A stretch of 64,000 nt of DNA from Eledone cirrhosa (lineage: Eukaryota). The notes under the pieces were generated by a model. The model was not told the origin of the DNA. It saw nothing but the letters and a program-made list of their open reading frames with translations, and did no database searches. The first letter of the stretch is position 1; every line of letters begins with the position of its first letter. Positions 1-13,859 of the stretch are shown piece by piece. The stretch is taken from contig OZ024745.1 of NCBI GenBank assembly GCA_964016885.1, positions 127,844,001-127,908,000 of the forward strand. The letters are read 5' to 3'. Position numbers and translations under genes: made by a program.

Positions 1-1
1 A

Positions 2-181
2 CCCATAAACCGCGTCCTACTAAAAAGCTTCCCCCCTCCCCTTCCCCTCCCCAACACAACTCCAAACACCCCAACCCCACCACACACTGACGACCCCACA
101 CCACCACAAGACACCCCTTCACCCAACACCCCCGACCCCATGGAAGTCGTGCAACCCGAACCCCGGGAAGCGGAAAGGTAG
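2..181 (+). CDS. Probable C-terminus of Tx1 ORF1 (Pro/Thr-rich)
   Basis: Open frame PINRVLLKSFPPPLPLPNTTPNTPTPP...PMEVVQPEPREAER ending in TAG at 179-181 just upstream of ORF2; assigned by position only. Confidence 0.5.
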   Translation, partial: PINRVLLKSFPPPLPLPNTTPNTPTPPHTDDPTPPQDTPSPNTPDPMEVVQPEPREAER

Positions 182-220
182 GTCTCTACACTCTCCTTTG
201 GCTCTGCCGCCCACATCGAT

Positions 221-3200
221 GTGTTAAGAGTAGGATGTTTGAATGCACGTGGCCTGGGCTCAACTTGGAAGCAAGCAAAGCTTCTAAATGACCTTAGGTC
301 ATGTAGTATAAATGTAATGGTTATCTGTGAGACTCGAATCAGCGTCGTGCGGCAGCTGGCCCCCACCTTCGATGACTATGAGGTGCATGCATCTCTCTGT
401 CAACCTGGAGGTGGGGGTGGGGTTGTCGTACTGCTGCAAAAACACCTGGGTCTTGCCGTACAGGTTGTGCACTCGGACCCGGAGGGTCGTTTGTTGGTGC
501 TAGACGTTGGCAGTAGTGAAAGTGCGGCCTTGAGACTGGTCGCCGTCTACTCCCCTTTCGGAGCTGAACGGCCCGACTTCTTCCAGCGTTTGGAGACTTT
601 TCTGGGAACGTCGCGTTCCCTGCTTCTAGCGGGGGATTGGAATGACATCCTGGATGCACGTTGGGACTATGCAGGAGCATGTCCTAATAGAGGGGGGTGT
701 AACAGCCTCAAGGGGTTACTCGACCGTTTTAACTTGGTCGATAGATATCGACTAGATTTTCCAACTGTGCCTACCTGGACTTGGAGAAACCACAGTGGTC
801 AATCTAGATCGTACTTAGATAGATTCTTAGTTAGAAGTAAGGATAGGGACATATTAAGCTGTCCAGAAATGCGCACGGTTGGCTACACGGATCACAAATT
901 AGTGACCTGCGTGGTCAATCTCGAGAAAACACATAGACACGGTCCCGGTTACTGGAAACTTAATTTGTCTTTACCGGCAAAAGAGACTTACAGAAACCGG
1001 ATTAGCAGATTAGTTAAGGAGAGGTTGACGGGTGCAATCGTCAACAACCGATGGTGGGCATCTCTCAAAAGAGAGATTAGAACAGAATCAATAAGTTATA
1101 GCAAGATGTTAGCTGCCGATAGGAATAGAAACGAGAAAGAATTAACAGGTAAATTAGAAGAGGCAATCAAGAGCGAAGATGTGGCCAGAGTGCTGGCATC
1201 GAGGACGGCCTTGAACCAGTTTTTTCGATGCAAAGCACGAAGGCTGCGTCATTCGAAGTAAAATACGTGCTCTAGGTAATGAGGGGGCCAAAGCCGTTGG
1301 ATGGGCCCGCGTGACAGAAGCTAAGAGTGGAAATCGATCCACCATCCGGTCGTTGCAAGACGAAGATGGACAGGTGATCCGGGAGCCTAAGCAGATGTGC
1401 GAGGCCTTTCAAAGGCACTTTGCCCGATTGTTCGGGGGAGGCGAGGGTCCGGGCGGGGGCGTGGATTTCGGTCCATACCTCGACGGCCTGCCGCGTCTCT
1501 CGAGCGAAGAGGCAGAGTACTGCGAGGGACCAATCTCGGCTGATGAGATCGGAGATGCGCTGAGCCAATGCAGCAGACGCAAATCTCTAGGTCTCGATGG
1601 TATACCTTACGAACTTTATTTAGCAATGCCGGTCTTCTTCTCCGAACTCCTCGAAGCGGTCTACTGCAATTGGCAGCAGAACGGGAGAATTCCGTGTTCT
1701 GTAGCCAAGGGCGTAGTCACGCTGGTGAGGAAGGACGAGAACAAGGGGGATAGTATAAATAATTTTCGGCCCATAACCCTGCTAAACACAGAGTTAAAGA
1801 TTTTGGCAAGGTGTTAGCAAAGAGATTGGCGCTTGTCGTGGGTGGCCTGGTGGGAGATGCGCAGACATGTGCTATCCCATCCAGGTCCATTCACGATAAC
1901 CTCCACCTCATGCGATACATCATAGAGAGGGTTGGCAACAAACCCGGCTTCGGTGGGGCCCTGATCAACTTGGATCAGTCTAAGGCCTTCGATAGGGTCG
2001 ACCATGGTTACCTGGATGCGGTGCTAGCGGCGGCTGGGTTCGGTCCTGTTTTCAGAGGCTGGATCACTGCCCTACATAGCAACCACATCTGTTCTAGGAT
2101 CAAGGTGAACGGCTACCTTTCGAAGCCGTTCGAAATCACACGATCCATTCGACAGGGTGCCCTCTCTCCTCCCTTCTGTACGTATTGACTCTCGAGCCTT
2201 TACTGAGGAAGTTGGAGTTGTTGCAGGGTATCCCCCTGGAACCAGGATTGAGCAAAGCGGTGTCGGCCTACGCCGATGACGTAACAGTAATGGTATCGAC
2301 CGACTCGGAGATCGAGGCGATCGGTACCTTACTGGAGGAGTACGAAAGGTTGTCAGGAGCGAAACTGAACCGGGAAAAATCCATCGGGCTGCAACTCGGA
2401 ACGTGGAGAGGCAGACCGATGCCTCCTGACGGTGTCGTTGGACACTGGACGGAGGGCCCGGTAAAGTTGCTTGGGGTCTGGTTTGGACCGGACCTCCAGG
2501 TGGAAAAGAACTGGAACGAGGTTACGAACAAGGTGTTTGCACTAACCCAGAAATGGGCCAAGTGTAAGCTGTCCCTAAAAGGCCGGGCGGAGGTGGCGAA
2601 CATTTACATAGCGTCCGTCATTTACTACCGCCTGACTGCCGTGCCTTGCCCTAAGGAAACACTCACCACCATGGAACGCATGCTCTTCCAATTTCTTTGG
2701 AAGAAGCGCCCTCCTATGGTGAGAAGATCCATCTGCTGCCAACAACCTTCGAAAGGAGGGCTGGAGATGCCGTGGTTGATGATGCGTAGGCACGCATTAA
2801 GGCTACGGCACCTACAGGTATTCCTCACTGGTCAACCGGTGTGGGCTCCGTTCGTGAAACGAGCCTTTCCGAGACTCGTCTCGCTCACCGAGCTACAGTC
2901 CTGGGTCAAGCAAAGATCCGGAAAACTGGGAGACTGGCACACTGAGTGTGCTCAGGCGCTCAGGGCTCTCTGGCAAGCGGGCCGGGCCATCGGTGGAGAA
3001 TCCACCTCATCATTCTATAGAGGGCTGGTGGCTAGCAGGGGCGATGACACCCTTGGAGAGTCGCTGGACATGGAAGAAGACGAACTGGCCAGCCTATTCG
3101 GTAGGACTTTCGGCCCAGGACCAATGGACAACTTCCAGAAGTCACTGGCCTGGCAGTGCTACCGGGGGGCTCTACCCGTGCGAGAGAGGCTCTACAGACA

Positions 3201-3651
3201 CGGGCGCCCGGGCAGGGATCCCTCAAAAAAGATTTGCCCTAGATGCGTGCGTCACGAAGAAACCGTTGCGCACGCATTGGTGCAATGTCCGGGCGTGGCT
3301 GATCTGTGGGGCTACGCCGAACGACTGCTGTCGCGGGTGGCGCCGATTAAATTGACCGCCGAGTCCGTGATGACAATCAAACCGCCTCCCCTCTTCACAA
3401 AGGAAGCAAAGGCGGTTTTTCTGTGCGTAATAGCCATGTTGAAAGAGGTTGTTTGGTGGACACGATTGAAAGGTCTGAGGTCAGGCAACTTCCTCTCTGG
3501 CCATAGTCTGGTCTACTTCTTCCGATATCACTTCGGAAGAAGGATAAGAATGGCGAGAGAGGTGCTTGGCCACAGGCAGTTTTATGAAAGGTGGGTGATA
3601 GTAGCGAGAATGGCTCGTGTAAATGGGCCTTCTCTGTATACCATCCTGTAG
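221..3651 (+). pseudogene. Tx1 ORF2 (APE endonuclease, RT, CCHC finger) split by three 1-nt frameshifts
   Basis: Endonuclease motifs CLNARGL, ICETR, VAVYSP, GDWN, YLDRF, TDH, WKLN; RT motifs GLDGIPYE, FRPITLLN, LDQSKAFDRVDH, RQGCPLS (restored), YADD; CPRC..ETVAHALVQC. Frameshifts at about 1220-1225, 1808 and 2155. Confidence 0.92.
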
Positions 3652-3866
3652 GTAAAGAAGTAAAGGAGAGGGGAGCACCTTCTCCATGTGCTCCCCGGGC
3701 AAAGGATTGCACACTTTTTCGGGGGTGTGTGCAACCCCCATCACGTCCCCTCCCTTTTGAGGTTATTTTCGATTATTTTCATGTTACACCCTTTTTACTC
3801 GATTATATGTAAACTCCCCCCTTTGTATTTGTCCCTTCTTTTTATGCCTTTATGGTAAATAAAGAA

Positions 3867-3914
<48 letters not shown>

Positions 3915-4015
3915 GTCTATCTATTCATCTTTCTATTCATCTATCTATTTACATACATATCTACCTATCTATCTACATGTGTACCTGTTTTTGTCTCCCC
4001 CCCCCCCCCCCACCG

Positions 4016-4071
<56 letters not shown>

Positions 4072-6155
4072 ACATATACGGCTCAAACGGATAAGGTGTG
4101 GAACATAAGTGAAGGTATATGCTTTAAAATATATAAAAATATACTATGTATTCCTTTCTTGTTCATAGAAATGTTTGTGTTTCTTCTTGTTAGTAAACGT
4201 TTCTTCAAAAGTAAACTTTCCACACCCCAGCTTCATCAACAGGTTTATAAGTATCATGGTGCTACTAGTTTTATACTTATTGCCATTGTCTCAATTTATA
4301 TGACTGCCTAAAAACCAGAGACCAGATAGAAACTTGAAAAGGTAAAAAATCTATCTCGCTTCGCAAAACATATATACGTTCAACCTTCTAAACCAAACAT
4401 TAGTAATATATTCATAATAGGCTAAAATAATAATTTCTAATTTAATGATAAGCCAGCAATTTTGTTGTAATGGGTTAGTTGATTAAATCGTTCCTAGTAC
4501 TCGATAAGTTCTTTATATTAACGACACCAAAATGATAACAGGCAAACACCAACCGCACTGGGATTTGTGCAAGCAATCAAAAGAGCCAAAAGAAATACTT
4601 TAAATCAATTTTCCGACGATCTACCGATCCTACTAATCCACACTTGTGAAGGAGCTTATAATATTATTAGTGACTAGCAGAAAAGGGTGGTTTTCTGCTA
4701 GCATGTGCAGTGTGCATATTGATATTATACGCAAGTATATATACGCATGTAATAAAATCGTAATTGACAATATACACAGAAATTGAACGAAGACTACGTT
4801 ACACTGTCTTATGTAATCAGTAACGTAATCCATGATACATTAGAAAAAGACGATATTATATATAAACTGCATTAGGAGAAAATTAGTGAATGTTTATTTA
4901 AGCGATCGCTAACCGGAAGTGTTGACATTTGAACATTTTAAAGAAGTGAATTTTTAAATAAGTAATGAAATATATTTAATGAACAGCCACGAAATTTAGT
5001 AGATAAATTATGTAATATTCATTCATTATTTATTCAAAGTAATCCAACTTATTTTACGAACGGGGTAAAAAAAATATATTCTGGATGCAGTCCCGCACTC
5101 CTTACTTTATTATAGTTTAGATAGGAATAAATATATTTTAGATATGATGAGAATATTTACAGGGATGAGGAGGGTGAGAGAGATGGAGGCGATGACAATG
5201 GGAGTTCGGTTCTTCCGTGTTCGGACCTGGTGTGCAGCGTCAGTTGTTCGTAGGGAGGTAGTTCTTTGTACTTAGTGAAGGTTTTTAGAACCCTATGTTT
5301 GCTATAATGAAGCGATAGATAATTTGTCTCTTTTAGGATTCTTTTCTCTTGATTTATATTTCCATTTTTTTCTTGTCTTGTTATCAAGGTGAGATAGAAA
5401 TAGTTTAATAATAGAAATATATATATAAAAATCGCTTAACTGTATTGTCAGGTAAAACTAAATCACAGTATATACATTAAGATAAGTATACATAAGCTAC
5501 ATCTCCCATGCTGACATATATAAACAACAATAGCGACATTACCTTCAATTTATGTACATTTTAGATACATATATATATTATCGCTCAGCAATTTCAAATC
5601 GTTCTATTTCATTGAGACTTTTGTTAAACACTTAGCTACGGTGCTAAACACCGTCACCACGAGAGTGGAAGTAACGACACCACCGCTGCCACCAGTAACG
5701 ACAACAACAACAAATCAAAACTGAAATCAATCACAACAGAAATAACAACAGAGTTGACAATGACAAGAGAGAGAAGAAAACATCAATATTAAGGAGTGAT
5801 AGGATTAAACAAAAGCATCCAGCACCAGCCACACAGTAGCGAAATTGTGTGATGGTGCCTTGACGACATCAGCGATGAGATTCTTTCACAGTTGTGGCTG
5901 TCTATGCTGCAACAGGTGCAGTGAGACCGATTTTTCTTCTATGCATTTAATTTTCTCGACAACCCTCTCCCATTGTCAGTTTCTTTTTGCATCTGCTCTC
6001 TCTCCCCTCTCTCTCCCCCCCATCTCTCTCTCCCTCTCTCTCTTTCTTTCTTTTTCTCTCTCTCTCTCTCTCCTCTCTCCCCAGTCTCTCCTCTCTCTCT
6101 GTCTTTCTAAGTGATTCCAACCCATCTCTTTCACTACATCTCTCCTTTTCTCTCT

Positions 6156-6222
<67 letters not shown>

Positions 6223-6353
6223 CTGATGGCTTAGTTCGGATCTAGCTGTTGAAACAGCCGTCGGGTCCTGACTCTTTTCCTATTACCCACTCTACTACCG
6301 TAAGTATTGAGTATTGGTTATGGTCTATCTGGTACCTTACCCTACCTTCTTTG

Positions 6354-6356
<3 letters not shown>
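6223..6356 (+). mobile_element. Family A (TA)n-embedded short element, diverged copy with degenerate HHR (CTGATGG...GAAAC...GTC)
   Basis: Colinear with 58120-58246; (TA)n on both sides. Confidence 0.65.
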
Positions 6357-6408
<52 letters not shown>

Positions 6409-6410
<2 letters not shown>

Positions 6411-6478
6411 TACTTTGGGAGGGTCATGTTGCCAATAAGAAACACACGCACCAGTTGCTTTCACTTCAATTTATTATA
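6409..6478. mobile_element. Family H dispersed repeat end
   Basis: TACTTTGGGAGGGTCATGTTGCCAATA...CACTTCAATTTATTA recurs at about 26605-26670 and inverted at about 21365-21432. Confidence 0.6.
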
Positions 6479-6794
6479 TATTTATAAATTTATAAATTTA
6501 CAAATCTACAAACTTATAAATTTCTGTTAGAAGGTAATCGGGACGTAAACAAGAGAAGAAAAGTTTTCCTTCGTCAGCTGTTAACTACGGATCTTAGATG
6601 TTTCGGCGCTTAAAACAGAATATCGGTCCGTAGCGGGCCTATGGCCTTTTATCTATCAAAAGGCCATGAGAGAAAGAAGTGATAGTGAAGAGAGAGGAAG
6701 AAAGAAAAAAGAAAGAAGAAAAAAAGGAAAAAAAGGAAAAAACGAAGTAAACATACCGATAGAAGGGGGAACACAGGACAATGGAATTGTTATA

Positions 6795-6940
6795 TATAAA
6801 AATGAGAAAACTCATCGCTCGGACAGCAGCCCCACTGGCCGCTGGTCTCTGTCTTCTGATGTATTTTTGCCCATCGCCGTCTTGGACAACATCTGGCTGC
6901 TGTGGCAACTGTTCTAGCGATGAGTTTTCTCATTTTTATA
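6795..6940. mobile_element. Family G inverted-repeat element, short copy
   Basis: Perfect 25-bp terminal inverted repeat TATAAAAATGAGAAAACTCATCGCT (6795-6819 / 6916-6940); related longer copy at 20613-20961. Confidence 0.75.
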
Positions 6941-7084
6941 TGTATTAAAATACACTTTCGCTTCATCTCGATCAGAGATAAAATTGTTTTTTCATTTAAA
7001 TATAATGTTACATTAATGGATGTCATAGATTATTATTATATATTATTGCTATAACGGTAAAGTATCAATCTTCATGCTTCGTGG

Positions 7085-7615
7085 CAAAAGTTACGGCCCC
7101 TTACGTTCTGAGTTCAAATTCTGCTGAGGTTAGCTTTGCCTTTCACCCATACAGGGTCAATTTAAATAACGTATCAGTACCAGTAACGTACTGGTTCGAT
7201 TTAACACCCCCAAATTTGTTGGCCTTGGGCCTAAACCTGACACCATTATTATTTCAGGCTGTAGGGGGGTGGATTGGCAGAATCGGTAGAGCATCGGACA
7301 CCATGCTTAGTGGTATAGAGTTTATATTGCGTTCTGGGTTCAAATCCCGCCGAGGTTAACTTTGGCTTTCATCCTTACGGGGGTCGAAAAATAAAGTACC
7401 AGTAATGCACTGGCGTGATTGCTGGCCTTGTGCCAAAAGTAGGGGCAATTATTATGGTGGATTGGCAGTATCAGTAGAGCGTTAGACACCATGCTTTACG
7501 GTTTGCGTTCAAATCCGGCCGGGATTAACTTTACCTTTTATCCTTTTATCGATAAAATAAAGTACCAGTAATGTTGCAATTGTTGGCCTTGTGCCAAAAG
7601 TAGGAGCAATGATTA
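7085..7615 (+). mobile_element. Three head-to-tail copies of the tRNA-derived SINE (Meta/MESC-like core)
   Basis: A-box TGGCAGWATCRG, B-box GTTCAAATCC, core CTTTCATCCTTACGGGGTCGATAAAATAAAGTACCAG, tail GGCCTTGTGCCAAAAGTAG. Confidence 0.85.
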
Positions 7616-7631
7616 TTGCAGCACTGGAGGT

Positions 7632-7831
7632 AGCATTTGGTGGTGTTATAGTAGTATAGGTGGTGTTATAGTAGTATAGCATTTGGTGGTGTTATAGTAG
7701 TATAGCATTTGGTGGTGTTATAGTAGTATAGCATTTGGTGGTGTTATAGTAGTATAGCATTTGGTGGTGTTATAGTAGTATAGCATTTGGTGGTGTTATA
7801 GTAGTATAGCATTTGGTGGTGTTATAGTAGT
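7632..7831. repeat. 26-bp minisatellite AGCATTTGGTGGTGTTATAGTAGTAT, about 7 units
   Basis: Direct tandem repeats. Confidence 0.9.
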
Positions 7832-7977
7832 AATAGTAGTGGCATTCCATAATGTGTTAAAACATACAAAGGTCTTTTGAGAATCAATTTTTTAGGCTTC
7901 GACGGTCAACGGTGTTTACTAGTCTGTCTGGCTACACTTTCTGCCTTGATTTTTATATTGCTTCATATCACCGCCAC

Positions 7978-8033
<56 letters not shown>

Positions 8034-8046
8034 GTATGTATGTATG

Positions 8047-8079
<33 letters not shown>

Positions 8080-8258
8080 ACATATATATATGTATACATA
8101 ATATGTTTTGATACCTATGTATATATATATATATATATATATAAACATATATATATATATATATCTACATACATGCATACACATTCATATACATACATAT
8201 ATACTCACATACATACATACGTACACACACATACACACACACACACATATATATATAT

Positions 8259-8368
<110 letters not shown>

Positions 8369-8971
8369 GATCTTTTTTTGCCTTTTCGGATTTTTTCCTT
8401 TTATATATTTTTTTTGCATTCTGTTCATTTTCTTTCAATCTTTCTTTCCTTTTCTCTTCAGTTGTCCTTTTTTTTTTCTTTGTTTGTTTCTGATTTTTCG
8501 TTCCTATGAGCGTGGGAAATGAAACTGCTTCAGAAAAGAAACGAGAAGAAAAGAAAAGAGAAAAGAGAAAGAGAGAAAAAAAATTATTCTTAAAAATGAA
8601 TAAATATATGTAAAAAAAAAATAACTTATATAAACTCTACAAAAACCACCATCGACAACAACAAAAACATTATAAGAAATAGGTGCGTGCTAAATCATGA
8701 TTGAGAAAGATTAGTTTCTGAGTGAGTTATTATTATTTTTAGTTATTTTATTTTATGATCTATTTATATTCATTTATAATTTTCATGTTCCCTTTCTTCT
8801 TCTTCTTCTTCTTCTTCTTCTTCTTCTTCTTCTTCTTCTTCTTCTTCTTTTTCTTCTTCTTCTTCTTCTTCTTCCTCATCTTTTTTCGTTTAGATGCAAA
8901 CAAGGGAATTAGTAGCTTTGAGAAAGTGATAAATAGAAAGAGAAGCATATACATATATTTGTGTGTGTATG

Positions 8972-9005
<34 letters not shown>

Positions 9006-9952
9006 TGTATGTATGTATGTATGTATGTATGTATGTATGTATGTATGTATGAATATTTGTATGTATGTATATACGCATACATATATATATATGTAGGCAT
9101 GTTTGTATGTATATACTCATATTTGGAAAGATGGAATGAAAGAGAAAGAAAGAGAGAGACAGAGAACGACAGAGAAATAAACGGATGCCAGCATATATCC
9201 ATAGGGAGTGAGCGGAAAAGATCAAGTTATATAGAGAGAGATCGAGAGAGATGAGATGATTATTAAAAGTAAAATTTTAACATAGTTAAAAAGATAAGTA
9301 AATTTCTCACTTAAACTTATTCACCTTCGAAACGTTTGTAAATGTATCTTCACTGGATTCCAATGATGAGTGTTTCAGTTATTTGGTCAATGGAATGGTC
9401 AAATCGTGAAATCGGCGTCTACGTCACTGGTTCTCAAATGGTGGTGCTCACCTCATAGGTGTGACAGAAGAAGAGGATAGCAGGTGAAGCAGAATGTTTG
9501 AAAGGTAATAAAAATATAGAAACAGTTTCAAAAAATCAATATGCTAAAATAAATATGATTTCACAATTTAAAATGTTATTATGTATTACTTATAATTGTA
9601 TGCCTGATTCCCAGTATAAATAGTAAAAAGTAATTATTGACCGATTTCACCATTATGATATTTTTATCACATAAAATTTGGTGTGGTGCGAGCAAATTTG
9701 CATTCCTAAAATGCGGCCCTGAGAAAAAATGTTTTCATCGGTATATGTTACAATTGCCAGAGTATTTAGCGTAACGTATTAAAAAACCTGGCTCATTGAA
9801 TTAGAGGTAGGATCAATTAGGTGGCCCTTTGAACGGGTTCCGTTTACTGGATGTTAGTAAGAAAGCTTCGAAAAAAACATATGTCCTTGAGGAAATGCAA
9901 TAGGCTTGAAACTAGAATATTGTGAAGCAAACTTCCTAACCATATAACCATA

Positions 9953-10012
<60 letters not shown>

Positions 10013-10948
10013 TGTGTGTGTGTGATTGTGTGTGTGTGGTGTAAAAGGCAAACAGAAATAAAAACATAATCGAGGAATATATTGGTTTAACGCTTGAAAT
10101 AGCAGGAATTTCCGACGCTAGTCCTTTATCAGAAGAAAGACTGGAGGCTACTATCGATTTCGACGTATGAGCATCCAAAAAGCCTATTCAGTTCATCCAG
10201 TTTGGATGTATATATCGGGCATGGCAGAATGTAATATTGATTATACCCCATCTCATGTTTCCTAATGAACTGACTACAGAGGAATCAGAGCCAATTAATG
10301 GAGGGTTAACTCAGCGTATGTATTCCTTAAAGCTTATGGAGCTGGAAATTAATAGCCTACTGCTTCGTGTTGTAACCTGTAGTAAGGTAATGACATATGT
10401 AGTATAAACTGAACCCTTCCTGACAAAGCCCAACTTTACTGGACTTGAACGTGCAAGTAACGTCTCTATCTTTAGGAGAAACAATTCATTTTGAAATAGC
10501 TTGTTCTCAATAGTTCACACTCCTGGCAACAAAAGAACTGAATTTTAGCTAATTTTACTATAAATTTCAAACACTTTCAAAACAATTCAATGGAATTTCT
10601 AACAAAGTCATAAGTGAAACATCATATCTGTTGTGCCAGATTTGCACCCAATCCAACAGACACCCGGCAATAATAAACCCTCGTGCACCTCCAAGATACA
10701 TTCTCCATATGCGAACCATACTGGATACAAATATTAGTCTAATTTACCTACCAAAACGATTGTCAATTTTAATTTAAAATGGTGCCCGTCACACCACCCA
10801 GTTTCATTGATATGATCAGTTGTACATTTTGCGGCTATGAAACGTTTACCAATGCATACACACACACATACACACACAGACAAACACACACACAAACACA
10901 CGTTCCCCCCTCTCTCACTGTTTGTCTGTCTCTCTCTTTCTCTCTCTC

Positions 10949-11087
<139 letters not shown>

Positions 11088-11179
11088 AAATTTCATATAT
11101 ATATATATATGAGTACATGTGTGTATATATATATATATATATTTATACAGACATACAAACATACATATATATACGCACA

Positions 11180-11305
<126 letters not shown>

Positions 11306-11675
11306 CATATATATTGACAATGCTGTAAAAATGTTTAACTTTTAATCCAACTATATGGCTATTTGTCTACCCTGCCTTTGTGTCATGTGTCATCCTAGAA
11401 ATAAAATAAATCAAGGAAAACAAGACCAGTTATAATAGGGTATTGATAATGCCTCACAAGGGCCTTAAATTGACAAAACCGACACCCCTATCTCACAACG
11501 AGAATTTGAAAGGAAAGTAAAAAAGAAGAAAGATGCTTTATCTTAGGTATTTTCGTCTATTTAGATATGTTCCTTATTTTGTTTGTTTACTTATATTTTT
11601 GTGTGTGTATATATGCCGTGCGTGTTTCACATACATTAAATACTAAATACACACAGAAATACACATGCACTCGTG

Positions 11676-11958
<283 letters not shown>

Positions 11959-12174
11959 GCGTGTGATGTCTGTGTGCAAGTATATATATATATATACAAA
12001 CAGAGAGGGAGACAAAGAGAGAGAGAGAGAGGGGGAGAGAGAACGGGAGAGAGAGAAAGAGAGAGAAAATGAGAAAGAAGGAGAGTGTTGATGTATTCGT
12101 ACAAAATGTACGTGTACTAAACACACACCTGTAGTCGGTGTATATTGATTTTATATACATAAACACATACACAC

Positions 12175-12205
<31 letters not shown>

Positions 12206-12917
12206 CGCTTCTACAAGTGTACGTATATGGGTGTGTACTTGTTATATATATATGGTATGGTACAATGAGAAGGAAGTAAAGAAGATGGATATTCGCCCTT
12301 TAAAAAAGCGATTTGTTTAAAATACGCTAAGCTCTGCAGATATAACAGCATAATAAAAAGTATTAATCAATAGTACTATATAGAAGTATATACAAATAAC
12401 AATAAATGAAATTGGATAAAGAATAAAGCGAACGTCGTTCATTTCCTATATTTATTTAAAATGTGGTCGGAATTATTACTGAAGGATTGGCGAGTGTATT
12501 TATCAAAAACTACAAGAAATATGTTGTTTTTTCATCACGTACACGTGAACCCCCATTGGTACAGAAGACATAGATGTTATGTCGTTTAAATTTACTGAAA
12601 ACTGATTTGTTGTTTTTGTTGTGCTGTTTACAGCGAGCTGTACGTCGGGTTTTGTTGCTTAGAAATCTGACAATATAATTTAACGTGGGATTTATCTGAA
12701 CTCACGCCAAGGCAGTAGAACCAACGTTCAAACACTGTCTATATACACTTTTTAATGTCGATTTCAGTGCGAACCTAACGTGTTATTGCAAATAAAACTT
12801 AGCAACTCATATCCTTTATACAAGAAACCTTTTTCGCGTTACAAGAAAGTGAAAAGCAGCCAAGAACACACGAGCAAATGTTTCAAAACACTACACTATG
12901 TAAGGAAAATAATGATT

Positions 12918-13135
12918 TCTAATTTTGGCACAAGGCCTACAATTTTTTGTTTGGTGAGTGATTTGACTATATCACCCCCAGTACGTAACTGGTAATTTAT
13001 TTTATCAAACTCGAAAGGATGAATGTCAAAGTTTACTTGAGCGGGTTTTGAACACAAACCGTAAAGGGTCGTAACTAATTTTCACAAAGCATTTCATTCG
13101 ACACTCTAATGATTCTGACAACCAAAAAACACTTT
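12918..13135 (-). mobile_element. Diverged tRNA-derived SINE
   Basis: TTTTGGCACAAGGCC tail and TTTATTTTATC...AAGGATGAA core in reverse orientation. Confidence 0.65.
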
Positions 13136-13859
13136 CCTGCACATTCGATCTTTGATTGTTTTGAATTGCTGAATAAATTTCCTGGATTACTTTAGTGATG
13201 ATTGTGTACCTGTTGACTATATTAGATTGAACATCTTTCATTATATATGACAAAGTGAGAAACAAAGATGATCTCAGTTAAAGCGCCATTGACTACACCC
13301 ATTTGATAACTATCCAGTATGCAATGGTGTACAGATATTTTTCATTTTGTAATATAATATGATTTGATTGAATTTCTAAATCGCTTTGACGTTGACGAAA
13401 TATTTGCAATCCACTGTTGAAATTCTACATGATAATTTAACTGGAATTTAATTGTATTTCTGATGTAGATGTGTCAAGTAGTTTCACCCGGTGCAGAAGC
13501 CATGCTGAGTATAATTGAAGAGGTTTATAATAGTCTTGCATAATTATTTATAGAATATTTGATAGACTGGTTGTAATTGATACAAGTCTGAAACCTTGTC
13601 AACACACTGTTGCCAAACTTGTAGATGGATGTTTTCAGAATTTTCAATGGTTTTCCAGTGTGTAAATAACTTCCGAAATACTACCACAAAAATAACGTCC
13701 GACTATATCACTTAAATAACGTCCGACTATATCACTTAAATAACCACCACAAACACCAACAATTCTACTATCAGACTTGCTACAAACCCTGTCCAAACCT
13801 CCATAACTAACAAACTACTTCGGTACATCCATCAACGCAGCTACATCATTCAGCATACT

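Larger units (their letters stand above)
1..3866 (+). mobile_element. L1/Tx1-clade non-LTR retrotransposon (ORF1 tail, ORF2, 3' UTR); 5' part lies outside the window
   Basis: GC-rich coding block with APE endonuclease, reverse transcriptase and C-terminal zinc knuckle; AATAAA at 3858-3863, then (ATCT)n from 3867. Confidence 0.93.

Noticed and set aside
4911-4920. ETS-like CCGGAAGT, and the CRE palindrome TGACGTCA at about 16336, as promoters
   Set aside because: Single short motifs are expected by chance in 64 kb and there is no adjacent gene evidence
5157-5387. 76-aa minus-strand ORF as a host exon or PLE C-terminus
   Set aside because: No recognisable motif or convincing splice signals
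9425-10500. Possible hAT MITE end (CACTGGTTCTCAAA) and an old RT remnant
   Set aside because: Too degenerate; no matching second TIR or continuous motif could be confirmed
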